DNA of 64,000 bases from an uncultured Gemmatimonadales bacterium (GCA_963825815.1 CAWGVB010000002.1:147564-211563), one strand, 5' to 3'; numbered from the stretch's first letter, positions 22,386 to 33,390 are shown. The notes: a model not told the origin generated them from the sequence alone. Program-made: numbers and translations.

Positions 22386-22847
22386 ACCCGCAACACGTCG
22401 TCCACCGCACCCGCGTTTCCCTGGCTCAGCAGGATTTCGATGTCGTCGAGGGCGCGGCGCTCGCGGGGCCAGGCGAAGCGAGCTCGCGCGGCGGCCGGGC
22501 TGAGCCACTCGAACCCGTCGTGCTCCGGCCCGAGTCGCACCGCCGCGTCGTCCGCCACGAAGGCGGCGAACACGGGGACCAGCGCCACCTCATCGCTGCG
22601 GTGCTGGTAAAACAGCTCCACCCGGCTCAGGTTGTAGAGCCGAGCGGCCATGAGGCCCGTCTCTTCCTCCAACTCGCGCTCGGCCGCCCGAGTGGGCCGT
22701 TCGGCCGGCTCGATGTGGCCGTGAACGCTCTCCCACGAACCGGGACAGCGTCCACCGGGCGCCCGCCGAAGCGACCAGGCACTGCAGCGAGCTTCCGACC
22801 CCACGGAGAACGTAGACGTCGACCAGCGAGGCGCGAATCGATGTCAT
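22379..22847 (-). CDS. NUDIX hydrolase (NudB-like); +1 frameshift near 22770
   Basis: WESVHGHIEPAE....AA.RELEEETGL Nudix box; EH..FEWL. Confidence 0.85.
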
Positions 22848-23001
22848 CCCTGAAGCCGTCGGGCAAACAACTCAGATGGCATGGCTTAACAGTTATCCGC
22901 TTCCGGGATCCGCGCCAGCATCGGGCTGGCCGGATCGATAATCAGCATGTGGTGAATGGAAAGTCGCTTAGGGCGGAGAACGGCTCTGCGTTACGGGTTG
23001 C

Positions 23002-25230
23002 TCAGGCTCTGCGGCGGCCCAACATCGCCTCGAGCCTCGCGGTGAGGGCCCGGGCCCGGAAAGGTTTGGTGACGAAGTCGTCGGCACCCAGCTCGAACAC
23101 CCGCACCTCATTGTCTTCATCGCCCTTGGCGGTCAGGACCATAATCGGAATGTCGCGCGTGGCCGGACGCGAACGCAGCTGCGCCAATACGCCGTACCCG
23201 TCGAGCCCCGGCAGATTGAGATCGAGAATGATCACATCAGGGGCGAATCGGTCGACCTCATCGAGCGCCTGAACCCCATCTCTGGCTTCGGCCACCCGAT
23301 AACCCTCGCGCTGCAGCAGGTCCTTCATCACCCGGCGGAGCTGTTCCTCATCTTCCACCAGGAGCACACAGGCGCCCTGCCCCCGTCCGCCCGCCACGAT
23401 GCCATCGACGTCGCTGGGCTCCTCGAGCAGCTCCATGTCCATCGAGAAGTCGGAGAGGGGAGGCGCTGCCGACGAGGGGGGCGGTGCCGCAGCCGCCGTT
23501 CGGCCGGAACGGCCTCGGCGAGGAGCGGGAGGCGGCTCGGCCGGCTCCTCCTCCCGGGGGACATCGGTGACCCGCAGCAGCTCTTCCAGGGTGGATTCCC
23601 CGGCCAGCACATGGCGCAGGCCGCTCCCCCACAAGGAGCGCATCCCGGCCTTGCGGGCCGCTTCAGCGATCTTTTCCGCGCTGGCGCCATCGGCAATGCG
23701 GCGCTCGAGGTCCGGATTCATGGTGAGGACCTCCACGATGCTGAATCGACCACGGTAGCCGGTCATCGAACAGTCGGAGCAGCCAACTCCCTGGTACAGG
23801 GTGATCCCGGGAGGAACGAACCGCTGCAGCCGCTCGCTTACCGGCTCGGTTGCCTGCACCCGGCATTTCTTGCAAAGCCGGCGCATCAGCCGCTGGGCGA
23901 CTATGCCCCGCAGCGCCGGCGCGATCTTGTACGACTCCATGCCCATGTCGACCAGACGGGTTACCGTGTTGGGCGCATCGTTGGTGTGGAGAGTGGAGAG
24001 CACCAGGTGGCCGGTGAGCGAAGCTTGCAGCGCGATCTGCGCGGTTTCCTTGTCTCGAATCTCACCCACCAGCACCACGTCCGGGTCCTGCCGCAGAATG
24101 GATCGCAGAGCCGCCGCGAAGGTGAGTCCGGCCTTTTCGTTCACCTGCACCTGGACGACGTTCTCGCCCAGCCGGTATTCCACCGGGTCTTCCACGGTCA
24201 CGATGTTTACGCCGGTACCCTGGACCGCCCGCAGAGCGGAGTACAGCGTGGTGGTCTTGCCCGACCCGGTCGGCCCGGTCACCAGGATGATGCCCTCTTT
24301 GTTCGACAGAAGCGCCCGGATCCCCTTTTCTTCGTCCTCGCTCAGTCCCAAAGAGTCCAGCGACAGGGTGGTGGCTTTCTGATTCAGCACCCGGATGACC
24401 ACCTTCTCGCCGTGTGAGGCGGGAAGCGTCGAGATCCGGAGATCGATTGCCTCGCCGTTCACCGAGACCCGGGCTCTTCCGTCCTGAGGCCGGAGCCGGT
24501 CGGCGATATCGAGCTTCGACATGATCTTGATGCGGGAGATCAGGGGGACGCCGGCGCTCCGAGGGATTTTCATCACCTGGCGCAAGACGCCATCGATGCG
24601 GTAGCGAACGACAACGCCGCCTTCCACCGGCTCGATATGGATGTCGCTGGCCCGGTTGGTTACGCCATCGGCGATCATGGTATCGACCAGCCGCAGAATC
24701 GGCCGCTGGCTGGCCTGCTGCTCGCTCGCGGCGTTCTCCTCGTCCTCCTTGATCTGCTCTACCTCGAAGTCGCCGCTGATGCCCTCGAGCAGCCGGGCCA
24801 CCGCGGTCTCGGTTTCGCGATAGGTCTCGTCGAGCTTCTCTCGGATCTTCGAGGGGGAGCCCAGCAACATGCGGACCTCTCGCCCGGTGGCGAAGGCCAG
24901 CATTTTCTCGGCATCGATGTCGAATGGATTTGAGGTCGCCACTTCGAGGAAGGAGTCGGTCTGGCGCACGGGTACCACGTTGAACCGTCGGGCCAGTTGC
25001 TCGGGAACTGTCGTCGTAAGCTTGGGGTCCGCCTTGGAGAGCTCGGCCACCGGCAATCGAAAACGGGCCGCCACGGCACCTAGGATTTGCTCGTCGGTGG
25101 CCAGCTTCCGGCCGATCAGCAGGTCCCAGAGGGACGCATCGGGTCCCGGCTCTTGCCGCAAGGCCTTGACGGCCTCATCGGACAGGAGAGTCTCGATGGA
25201 GGGTACCAACCATTCATCGGTGAACTGCAT
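23002..25230 (-). CDS. GspE/PilB-family secretion ATPase fused to a C-terminal receiver domain
   Basis: ASDIHIEP, GPTGSGKTT, VEDPVE, LRQDPD, HLVLSTLH, CKKC/CSDC; then VEDE...LDLNLP...LTA...KPF. Confidence 0.9.
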   Translation of the reverse strand: MQFTDEWLVPSIETLLSDEAVKALRQEPGPDASLWDLLIGRKLATDEQILGAVAARFRLPVAELSKADPKLTTTVPEQLARRFNVVPVRQTDSFLEVATSNPFDIDAEKMLAFATGREVRMLLGSPSKIREKLDETYRETETAVARLLEGISGDFEVEQIKEDEENAASEQQASQRPILRLVDTMIADGVTNRASDIHIEPVEGGVVVRYRIDGVLRQVMKIPRSAGVPLISRIKIMSKLDIADRLRPQDGRARVSVNGEAIDLRISTLPASHGEKVVIRVLNQKATTLSLDSLGLSEDEEKGIRALLSNKEGIILVTGPTGSGKTTTLYSALRAVQGTGVNIVTVEDPVEYRLGENVVQVQVNEKAGLTFAAALRSILRQDPDVVLVGEIRDKETAQIALQASLTGHLVLSTLHTNDAPNTVTRLVDMGMESYKIAPALRGIVAQRLMRRLCKKCRVQATEPVSERLQRFVPPGITLYQGVGCSDCSMTGYRGRFSIVEVLTMNPDLERRIADGASAEKIAEAARKAGMRSLWGSGLRHVLAGESTLEELLRVTDVPREEEPAEPPPAPRRGRSGRTAAAAPPPSSAAPPLSDFSMDMELLEEPSDVDGIVAGGRGQGACVLLVEDEEQLRRVMKDLLQREGYRVAEARDGVQALDEVDRFAPDVIILDLNLPGLDGYGVLAQLRSRPATRDIPIMVLTAKGDEDNEVRVFELGADDFVTKPFRARALTARLEAMLGRRRA

Positions 25231-25294
25231 GATTGCTCTACACGGCGGGTGGAGGGAGCCCCTGGGGGCGGAGCCACGCCGCAAAATAAGGGAG

Positions 25295-27358
25295 CTATAG
25301 CAGGCCCCACCAGTCCCGGTTCACATCGATGGTGAGACCCACCCGGCCATCCCGCAGTCCAACCCCCGCCTCCAACCGGATGATCCGCATGAGCCACTCG
25401 ACCGCGATGCCAGCGACGGGACGAATGCCGTCGGTCTCCGTCCAGGGCAGCGACTGGTAGGGACGTCCCGCATACCCAGCGGCGACGAACGGCGCCACCA
25501 CCATATGCTGGCCAGTCGAGGCGTACGAGCCAAGCGAAAGAGCGGGCACCGGTACTTCGAACCTCCATTCCAGTCGACCCAGGGCCATTTCCCTGCCGCC
25601 GTATGCCCGGAATGGTTCTCCGACCAGCGTGCCCCGCCCGCCGAGCACAAAGCTCCGATGCGGCGGAAGGCCGTTGCTTCCGGCTGCCAGGTCCAGGGTT
25701 GATTGGAGCTCATTGCCACCGAACCGGGCGGTCCAAACCCCGTGCGCTGCGGCCCGAACGTAATTGTTCGGCCCATCCCCCAACTCGAGCGATACTTGTC
25801 CCTGGAGATCGCGGCGCAGCGCGATTCCGCCGCTCGCCTGCTCCAGCTCGAGTCGGGCTACCCCATAGCTTCCGCTGCCCAGTGCTGGATTCGGGCGGTA
25901 GGTCCCGTTGGCCGGAGATGCTTGAACGGTTACCGACTGGCTCTCCTCGGCCCCGACACTGCCGCGAAGAGACGTTCGTCCTCCCAGGCGGTGGGCGACG
26001 GTGAGATCGGCGGCGGTGAGCAGCACGTAGTCGCCATAATCCTGGCCGGCCTCCTGAGACGTGAACGAGTTCAGCAGTGGAGCTATTACAGGGACATCGC
26101 TGAAATCGCTGATCCGACGGGAGCCCGAGACCTCGAGTCGGGTGGCGCCAAAGTTCCAGCCAGCAGAGAGCGAGGCGAGCCATCGGTGATCCGACGTGCC
26201 ATAGCCGACCGCAGGGCGCAGTTGAAGCCGCCCGCTGCTGAGCCCGAATGTCCCCCCGATCCCCAAAGCGAGACCCTGAACTCGGTTCACATGTGCGATG
26301 TCGCTCAGCGAGCCGGTGGCCAGCCGCTGGGAGGGCAGTCCGGCCAGAGCCCGGGCCCCCGCAATGCGCTCCACCTCGGCTCGAAGAGACTCCATGTCCT
26401 GCCGGTTTACCGGCTGGGCCACACCGGCTATCGCCTGGTCCAGCGGCTCGGTCCAGAGTGAGTCACCTCCCGGATGCACCAGGCCACCGATAGCGGGCGC
26501 ACCAACCAGGTCGGGAGGCCAGGGCACATTCATGTCGTATCCGTCGATCTCCCAGCGACCGCGGATGATTCCCCGGGCCGGAAAATCCAGCCAGATGGCC
26601 CGGCGGCGAATCTCCACCTCCTGGCGATAGGGCAGCCAGAAACGACCCTCGTACAGCGCGTTCTCCAGCACCACGCTGATGTCTTCCAGTTGCCGGTCGA
26701 GATAGGACGGTGGCGTGAAGCTGAAACGAAACCGGACCAGCTCAGCCGTTGCCACATCGAGATACAGGGTGCCGACCACCAGCGGCCGGTCGAAAGAGCG
26801 AGGCCGTACCGCTATCTGGTGAACGGTGACCTCGCCCTGGGCAGTGCGGATCGCGATCGAGTCGGTCAGGGCAAAGTCGTACGCGGTGAGGCCGGCGGGA
26901 GAAAGGGGATGGACCACGTCACGCACCTCATCTCCTTCCCCGATCCGGATCACATTCCCGAAGTTGTTGGTGACGATCCCGAGGTGGTCCCGATGGTAGT
27001 TGATATCGGTGGGGAGAAAGGCGCCATCGCGCCAGCCGAGGATCACCTGCTTGCTGTGGTTGGGCGCCTGCCAATACACTTCCACCTCGAGCTGGTCGGC
27101 TTTGACCAGTTTCGGTGGCTGGGCCAGTCCTTCTCCAACCTGGGCCAGAAAGAAGAGAAACCCGTGAGCCCGCGCCCGATAACTGGTGAGCGAGCTGTCG
27201 GCCTGCACCGCCAGTCGGCGATCGACCGCGCGCCGCACCAGGGTCATGGTTTCGGGAGTATTCCAGGATTGAGCCGACAGCGTTGAGCGGTAGGAGATAA
27301 GAAGGAAAACGCCGAGCAGTACTCGAGCTCCCCAATGTGCTCTCACGCTCCTGGACAT
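25295..27358 (-). CDS. Outer-membrane protein (periplasmic N-domain + Omp85/ShlB-like beta-barrel)
   Basis: Signal peptide; amphipathic beta-strands; LGGRGTLVG resembling the Omp85 L6 loop; aromatic C-terminus. Confidence 0.6.
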   Translation of the reverse strand: MSRSVRAHWGARVLLGVFLLISYRSTLSAQSWNTPETMTLVRRAVDRRLAVQADSSLTSYRARAHGFLFFLAQVGEGLAQPPKLVKADQLEVEVYWQAPNHSKQVILGWRDGAFLPTDINYHRDHLGIVTNNFGNVIRIGEGDEVRDVVHPLSPAGLTAYDFALTDSIAIRTAQGEVTVHQIAVRPRSFDRPLVVGTLYLDVATAELVRFRFSFTPPSYLDRQLEDISVVLENALYEGRFWLPYRQEVEIRRRAIWLDFPARGIIRGRWEIDGYDMNVPWPPDLVGAPAIGGLVHPGGDSLWTEPLDQAIAGVAQPVNRQDMESLRAEVERIAGARALAGLPSQRLATGSLSDIAHVNRVQGLALGIGGTFGLSSGRLQLRPAVGYGTSDHRWLASLSAGWNFGATRLEVSGSRRISDFSDVPVIAPLLNSFTSQEAGQDYGDYVLLTAADLTVAHRLGGRTSLRGSVGAEESQSVTVQASPANGTYRPNPALGSGSYGVARLELEQASGGIALRRDLQGQVSLELGDGPNNYVRAAAHGVWTARFGGNELQSTLDLAAGSNGLPPHRSFVLGGRGTLVGEPFRAYGGREMALGRLEWRFEVPVPALSLGSYASTGQHMVVAPFVAAGYAGRPYQSLPWTETDGIRPVAGIAVEWLMRIIRLEAGVGLRDGRVGLTIDVNRDWWGLL

Positions 27359-27397
27359 GGCCTTCTTATCTCTCAACTCCTGCCTCTCACGCTGTCG

Positions 27398-27995
27398 ATG
27401 CGCGCAATATCCCGGGACCTGAGAGCCCCGGCAACCGGGTTGCTGCTACTCGCAGGTTGGGGGGTGCGGCAGCAAAAGGCCAGTCGCTGTTGCCCCTCCC
27501 ACGGTACCCACGGCCGCCCGAGTAATCCCGCTGAATCGCGCCATCGTGTTGCAGACCTCGGGGCCCGGGCCTGCGGATACTTCGGTGAGTTTCCCCGCAG
27601 GTACCCCAAGAACAATCGTGCTTCGGCACGGCCCCCCCGAAAACATCGTATACGCCCGATTGTCGTTCACGGCCGGGGCCTTTCCCGATAGTGGTCAGGA
27701 CGTCACCGTGGAAGTGAAGCCTCAGCCGGGCGTCTACGGAGTGGACATTCTCATGAGCAAGCCCATCCGCGGGGGAGCCAGGCTCACCTTCGAGTACGCC
27801 CGGTACTTCTCCGCGCCGGAGCGGGCGCGGCAAGTGTATCGCTCAGACGGAGCGTTCGAGGAAGCGCTGGCTGTAGGACACGTCCTGTCCAGCGGCGATC
27901 AGATCGAGCTGCTGCCCACCGTCCGGGCCGATCTGGATCACCTCACCGCGCCGATTGCTACCGCAGGCCGGTACCTGGTGGCCGCTCCCCAATGA
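27398..27995 (+). CDS. Hypothetical lipoprotein; +1 frameshift in the G-run near 27460
   Basis: MRAISRDL...LLLLAGWG joins CGSKRPV...VLQTSG after removing one G; ATGA overlap with trpE. Confidence 0.6.
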
Positions 27996-29617
27996 GGACG
28001 AGCTATGACGCCTTCGCGGAACGCGCTCGCGAGGGCGGGATGGTTCCCGTCACCCATGAAGTCCTGCTGGATGGCGACACTCCGGTCACCGCGTTCGCCA
28101 AGCTTCACCAGGGGCAGTACGGGTTTCTGCTCGAATCGCTGGAGGGAGGCGAGCGCTGGGCCCGGTACACCTTCCTTGCCACCGATCCAACCGAAGTGTT
28201 TCGATATCAGGGACGGGAGTGCTCCCGATGGACCACGAGCACCGGATGGAAGCTGCAGGATGCCGATGTGGCTCCGCTGGACCACCTGGCCCAGACCATG
28301 CGCCGGCACCCCCCGGTCGAGGTGCCTGGTTTGCCCCGCTTCACCGGCGGGGCAGTAGGGTATATCGGGTACGACATCGTTCGTAGCATCGAGTCGCTGC
28401 CGGCCTCCCCGCCAGACGACCGCGGTCTGCCCGACGCCATCCTCATGGTGGTCGACACCCTGCTGGTGCTGGACAACCTGTTCAATCGCGCCACGGTGGT
28501 AGCGACCGTAGACGTTCCTCGGGGCACCTCTGCGGCGGAGCTTCGGCAGCTGTATGCGGGCGCGATCTCCCGAATCGACTCCTGGCTGGATCGGCTCAAG
28601 GCCGGTGGTCCCAATCCGGTTCTGCCGCTCGAGTCACCAGCGCTGCCCGCTACCGCTGGACCCTACCCCCAGCAGCAGTTCCAGAACGATGTCCGGCGGA
28701 TCAAGGATTACATCGCCGCGGGCGATACGTTTCAGACCGTGTTATCCCGCCGGGTAGATCTGCCGGCCCCAGACCCGTTTCTCACCTATCGCTATCTTCG
28801 CGCACTGAACCCCGCTCCCTACCTCTACTATCTCCACTGCGACGATGTCTATCTGATCGGAAGCTCGCCGGAGATCCTGGTCCGGGTGGAGGATGGGGAA
28901 GTAACTCTTCGGCCGATCGCGGGAACGCGGCCGCGCGGTTCATCGCCCGAGCAGGATGCCGCGCTCGCCGACGAGTTGCTGGCAGATCCCAAGGAACGCG
29001 CAGAGCATCTGATGCTGGTAGACCTCGGCCGGAACGACGTGGGGCGGGTGGCGGAGTTCGGAACGGTGCGACTGACGGCGTTCATGGCGATCGAGCGGTA
29101 CTCTCACGTGATGCATCTGGTCAGTGAGGTCCGAGGACGTCTTCGTCCGGAGCTCGACGCTATTGCGGCGCTGGCGGCCTGCTTTCCGGCCGGCACCGTC
29201 TCCGGCGCACCCAAGGTCCGGGCGATGGAGATCATCGACGAGCTGGAGCCGGTCCGGCGGGGCCCCTACGCCGGCGCCGTGGGCTACGTGAGCTGGGGGG
29301 CCCGAACCCTGGATACCGCGATCGCAATCCGAACCTGCGTCATCAAGGGGAAGACCGCCTGGATTCAGGCCGGCGCCGGGATCGTTGCCGATTCCGACCC
29401 CACCGCCGAATGGCTGGAGACCGAGGCAAAGGCCCGGGCGGTGCTGCTGGCGGTGGCGCTTGGCGGCGCGGCGGGGAAGCGGGGAGGCGGGGCAGGCGGG
29501 AAGCGAAGCAACAGCCCGGTTAGTGACGGCTCCCCGCTTCCCCGCTTCCCCGCTGCCCCGCATCTTTCCGACCATGCCCTACCGTCTCGTCAGCTTCTCC
29601 GGAGAACAGAGCTTTGA
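27992..29617 (+). CDS. trpE: Anthranilate synthase component I (C-terminal tail is repeat-derived)
   Basis: FLLES, LNPAPY, GSSPE, RPIAGTRPRG, EHLMLVDLGRND, PAGTVSGAPKVRAM, AGAGIVADS. Confidence 0.92.
   Translation: MRTSYDAFAERAREGGMVPVTHEVLLDGDTPVTAFAKLHQGQYGFLLESLEGGERWARYTFLATDPTEVFRYQGRECSRWTTSTGWKLQDADVAPLDHLAQTMRRHPPVEVPGLPRFTGGAVGYIGYDIVRSIESLPASPPDDRGLPDAILMVVDTLLVLDNLFNRATVVATVDVPRGTSAAELRQLYAGAISRIDSWLDRLKAGGPNPVLPLESPALPATAGPYPQQQFQNDVRRIKDYIAAGDTFQTVLSRRVDLPAPDPFLTYRYLRALNPAPYLYYLHCDDVYLIGSSPEILVRVEDGEVTLRPIAGTRPRGSSPEQDAALADELLADPKERAEHLMLVDLGRNDVGRVAEFGTVRLTAFMAIERYSHVMHLVSEVRGRLRPELDAIAALAACFPAGTVSGAPKVRAMEIIDELEPVRRGPYAGAVGYVSWGARTLDTAIAIRTCVIKGKTAWIQAGAGIVADSDPTAEWLETEAKARAVLLAVALGGAAGKRGGGAGGKRSNSPVSDGSPLPRFPAAPHLSDHALPSRQLLRRTEL
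29471..29562. repeat. Inverted pair of octamer arrays (GCGGGGAA)n ... (TCCCCGCT)n
   Basis: 29471-29504 is complementary to 29531-29562. Confidence 0.85.
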
Positions 29618-31284
29618 GCTCCAGCCGGGCCGTACCCTGGTCGTTGGACGGGGCGTGACCAGCGACATCGCCATCTACGATCCGACGATCTCCCGGCGCC
29701 ACGCCGAGCTGATCGTGGGGACGGATGGGGTCCAGGTCAGGGATCTGGGCAGCTCCAATGGGACCTGTATCAACGGCAGCCGGATCACCACCGGGCGGCT
29801 CAGTCCCAACGACTCGATCACCTTCGGTAAGGTGCTCTTTCAGCTCAAGGAGCAGAGGGCTTCGGGACAGACGCCCAATCCGCTGCCCCTGCAGCCATCG
29901 ACCCCGGCCGGTGACACACATCGTCCGCCAACTGATGGTTGGCAGCGGTGGACCGACCGGGATCACCAGCCGGAACCGAAGCTCCGGCCTCGGCCAGCTC
30001 AAGGTGGCAGCCAACACCGCCGAGGAACGACAGGCGAAGAAGCTGTCACTGTTGCTGGATATCTCGCAGAAGCTCTCGGGCGAGTTCGACCTGGACCGCC
30101 TCCTGGGCAACGTGGTGGACATGATGTTCGAGGTCATGGATGTCGACCGGGTATCCATCCTCCTTCGGAACGAGACCACCGGTGAGCTGGTCCCCTCGAT
30201 CTCCCGAAGCCGCCTGGGTGATGCCGCGTTTCAGCAGGTTCCCCGATCGATCGTAGACAAGGCTATCCAGGAGCGAGTGGCCGTGGTGTCGGACAACACC
30301 CGGACCGACAGCCGGTTCAAAGGACATTCGATCGTCACTCAGAGTGTGCGGAGCGCGATGTGCTCGCCCCTGATGGCGTCCGGTGACCGGATCCTGGGTC
30401 TGCTGTACGTCGACAGCGTCACCGCGGCAAACTCCTTCAGCGACGAGGACCTTCAGTTCCTGGTGGCCTTCAGCGGACTGGTCGCGATCGGCATTCGCAA
30501 CAGCCGCTACGCCGAGCAGGTTCGCCGCGAAGCGCTGGTCCGCTCCAACTTCGAGCGCTACTTCGCGCCCAATATCGCCGCCGAGATCGCGCAGCAGGAC
30601 GCCGTCGTTCCCCTGGGCGGGGAGCGGCGGCCCATCACCATTCTCTTCAGCGACATCCGTGGCTTTACCGCAATGGCGGAGTCCATGGGCCCGGACGCCA
30701 TCGCCCGGCTGCTGACCGAGTACTTCAGCGAGATGGTGGAGATCATCTTCGAGCACGGGGGCACACTGGACAAGTTCGTGGGCGACGCGATCATGGCGCT
30801 CTGGGGCACCCCGATCGCCCACGCGGACGATCCCGACCGTGCGCTTCGCGCGGCGGTTGCCATGCAGCGGGGTGTCGCCCGGCTGAACCAGCGCTGGGTG
30901 TCGGAAGGCCGGCCCGAGATCGGTGTCGGCATCGGGATCAACTACGGAGATGTCTTTGCCGGCAACATCGGAAGCCATCGCCGGCTGGAATACACCGTGA
31001 TCGGAGACGCGGTAAACGTCGCCAACCGGCTCTGCTCCGAGGCGGCCGCGGGCGAAATCCTGGTCAGCGAGGCGTTGTGTCAGGTGGTGAAGGATCAGGC
31101 TGACTACGAGTATCTGCCTGCCATGGCGCTGCGCGGGCGAACCAGGTCAGTGCAGGTGTATCGGGTGAAGGGAGTCACGAGTCGCGAGTCGCGAGTCGCG
31201 AGCCGCGAGCTCGGATCCCACGCTTCAATTGCCCAATCGGACGTCTGGTGCGAGCTAGCTATCCTCGACTCGCCTGACTCGTGA
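29574..31284 (+). CDS. Class III adenylate cyclase with FHA and GAF domains; +1 frameshift near 29915
   Basis: FHA (VGRG...ISRRHA...DLGSSNGT); GAF; FSDIRGFT, DKFVGD, TVIGDAVNVANRL (Lys/Thr = ATP specificity). Confidence 0.9.
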
Positions 31285-31308
31285 CTCGTGACTCGCGACT
31301 CCCGACTA
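31172..31308. repeat. Inverted pair of heptamer arrays (GAGTCGC)n ... (GACTCGY)n
   Basis: Five units at 31172-31206 are complementary to about six units at 31267-31308, at the junction of convergent genes. Confidence 0.88.
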
Positions 31309-31878
31309 CCTCCCAAACCGGTACTCTCGGCCGGCCTCCCGCATCAGGTTCAACACCAGCCGCACCGGCAGTCCCATCACGCTGAAGAAGTCTCCCTCGA
31401 TCCGTTCCACCAGCGCCGCGCCGTAGCCTTGGATCCCATACGCTCCGGCCTTGTCCATCGGCTCGCCGGTAGCCACATAGGCGCCGAGAAAATCGTCGTC
31501 CACCCGCCGGAAGGTCACGTTGGTGACATCGGTGGCCTGGTGCACCGCTTCATCGGCGACCAGGGCGACCGACGTCACCACCTGATGGGTGCGGCCCTGC
31601 AGCTGCTGCAACATCCGGAGAGCTTCCGCCCGGTCTGAGGGCTTCTCCAGCACCGCATCCCGGACCACCACGGTGGTATCGGCGCCGAGCACCAGCTCAC
31701 CCGGAACGCTGAGCGCCTTCTCCCGGGCCAGACGCTCCACATAGTCCACCGGGGTCTCGAATTCCCGGCGCACTTCCGGAATGTTCGGAGGAACCACCCG
31801 GACCGGGATGCCGAGCATTTCCAGCAGCTGGCGGCGGCGGGGAGAAGAGCTGGCCAGGGTCAACTCGGCAACTGTCAT
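31306..31878 (-). CDS. maf: Maf/YhdE nucleoside triphosphate pyrophosphatase
   Basis: LASSSPRRRQLL, GADTTV, DKAGAYGIQG. Confidence 0.95.
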   Translation of the reverse strand: MTVAELTLASSSPRRRQLLEMLGIPVRVVPPNIPEVRREFETPVDYVERLAREKALSVPGELVLGADTTVVVRDAVLEKPSDRAEALRMLQQLQGRTHQVVTSVALVADEAVHQATDVTNVTFRRVDDDFLGAYVATGEPMDKAGAYGIQGYGAALVERIEGDFFSVMGLPVRLVLNLMREAGREYRFGR

Positions 31879-32318
31879 GGATGGCGATCCAGAATGAGGG
31901 TGACCGGGCCGTCGTTGTGGATCTCTACCTGCATGTCCGCTCCAAACTCTCCAGCGGCAACTTCCAGTCCTCTTTCCCGCAGCACATCGAGGAAGCGTTC
32001 ATAGAGCGGTACCGCGACTTCGGGTCGGGCAGCGTCTATGAACGAAGGGCGCCGGCCCTTCACCGCGTCCCCGTAGAGTGTGAACTGGGAAACCACCAGC
32101 ACCGCTCCGCCGGTTTCCTCCAGCCCAAGGTTCATCTTGCCTTCGCTGTCGCTGAACAGTCGGAGGCTGGAGATCTTCTCGGCCATCCAATCTACCTGCG
32201 CCGGCGTGTCGCCATGGGTGAACCCGACGAGCAGGCAAAAGCCTCGTCCGATCGAGCCGGCCACCCGATCGTGGATCCGCACCGTCGCCTGGGAAACCCG
32301 TTGGAGGACGACTCGCAT
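31875..32318 (-). CDS. dtd: D-aminoacyl-tRNA deacylase
   Basis: MRVVLQRV, VSQFTL, NDGPVT. Confidence 0.97.
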   Translation of the reverse strand: MRVVLQRVSQATVRIHDRVAGSIGRGFCLLVGFTHGDTPAQVDWMAEKISSLRLFSDSEGKMNLGLEETGGAVLVVSQFTLYGDAVKGRRPSFIDAARPEVAVPLYERFLDVLRERGLEVAAGEFGADMQVEIHNDGPVTLILDRHP

Positions 32319-32405
32319 AGCCGGGGATCATACCCGGATGGGCTGGCCAGTCTAGAGTCTGCGGCAGAGTCGCGTCGTCGCGCGGCAGGCGGTTAGACTC
32401 CGAGG

Positions 32406-33224
32406 ATGACCTCCATTGACATCGCTCCCGCGCCCCAGCGGCCCCAGCCGCTCGCCTGGCCCGGCAATAGACTGACGGTTGCCTGGTTGGGGCATGCCAC
32501 CGTGCTCCTGAATATCGGCGGCTCGTTCGTACTTACCGACCCGGCGCTGGAGCGGCGCATCGGCATCGGCCGGGGTCTGGCGAAACTGGGGCCCCGGCGT
32601 CTGGTGCAACCCGCGCTTCGGCCCCGGGAGCTGCCCCGGCTGGACGCAATCCTTCTGTCCCATGCCCACATGGATCACACCGATACCGGGACGCTCCGGC
32701 ACCTGCGGCGCGATATCCCCGTCGTGGTGCAACAGGGTAATCGTGATCTGGTTCGGAGGTTTCGAACCGTGCAGGAGCTTGCGTGGGGGGAGTCAGCAGA
32801 GCTCGGAGGAGTACGAATCGAATCCACCCAGGCGCGCCATTGGGGCGCTCGCATGATCACCGACAAGCACCGGGGTTATGGAGGGTACCTGATTCAGCGG
32901 GATGGTCTAACGGTACTCTTTGCCGGTGATACCGCATACACCGACGGTCTCACCCCACTGGGGCGCCGTACCAGGATCGATCTGGCCATCCTGCCCATCG
33001 GCGCCTACGACCCCTGGATCCACAATCACGCATCGCCCGAGCAGGCCTGGACCATGTTTCGGCGGCTAGGCGCCACCTACGTTCTGCCGGTTCATCACTC
33101 GACGTTCCGCTTGAGTCGGGAACCCGTCTCGGAGCCAATCGAGCGCTTTCTGGCTGCCGCCGGATCCGACCGTTGGCGGGTGGTGGGAACCGAGGTGGGA
33201 GCCACCTGGAGCATGGACGATTGA
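32406..33224 (+). CDS. MBL-fold metallohydrolase (RomA/NAPE-PLD-like)
   Basis: WLGHAT, SHAHMDH, FAGDT, LPIGAY, PVHHSTF. Confidence 0.88.
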   Translation: MTSIDIAPAPQRPQPLAWPGNRLTVAWLGHATVLLNIGGSFVLTDPALERRIGIGRGLAKLGPRRLVQPALRPRELPRLDAILLSHAHMDHTDTGTLRHLRRDIPVVVQQGNRDLVRRFRTVQELAWGESAELGGVRIESTQARHWGARMITDKHRGYGGYLIQRDGLTVLFAGDTAYTDGLTPLGRRTRIDLAILPIGAYDPWIHNHASPEQAWTMFRRLGATYVLPVHHSTFRLSREPVSEPIERFLAAAGSDRWRVVGTEVGATWSMDD

Positions 33225-33390
33225 GCGCACCCGGCCAAGCTGTTGCTCGGATGCTGCGGGCGGATACCACAAACGGCGGGGGGCGCTCTACAGAATAGTC
33301 GGATCCCACTTCCCTCAGACGATTCGGCCGGTGGCCTTCCTCTTGCACCCTCTGGGTATGCCCTATCAGCCCTCCCCCCAGAGGCCTTGC

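Noticed and set aside
29500-29617. Functional C-terminal domain on TrpE
   Set aside because: Low-complexity translation of the octamer arrays that overlaps the next gene; a one-base indel would stop it at TAG 29521.
31172-31308. CRISPR array
   Set aside because: Units are contiguous 7-mers without unique spacers, and there are no cas genes.
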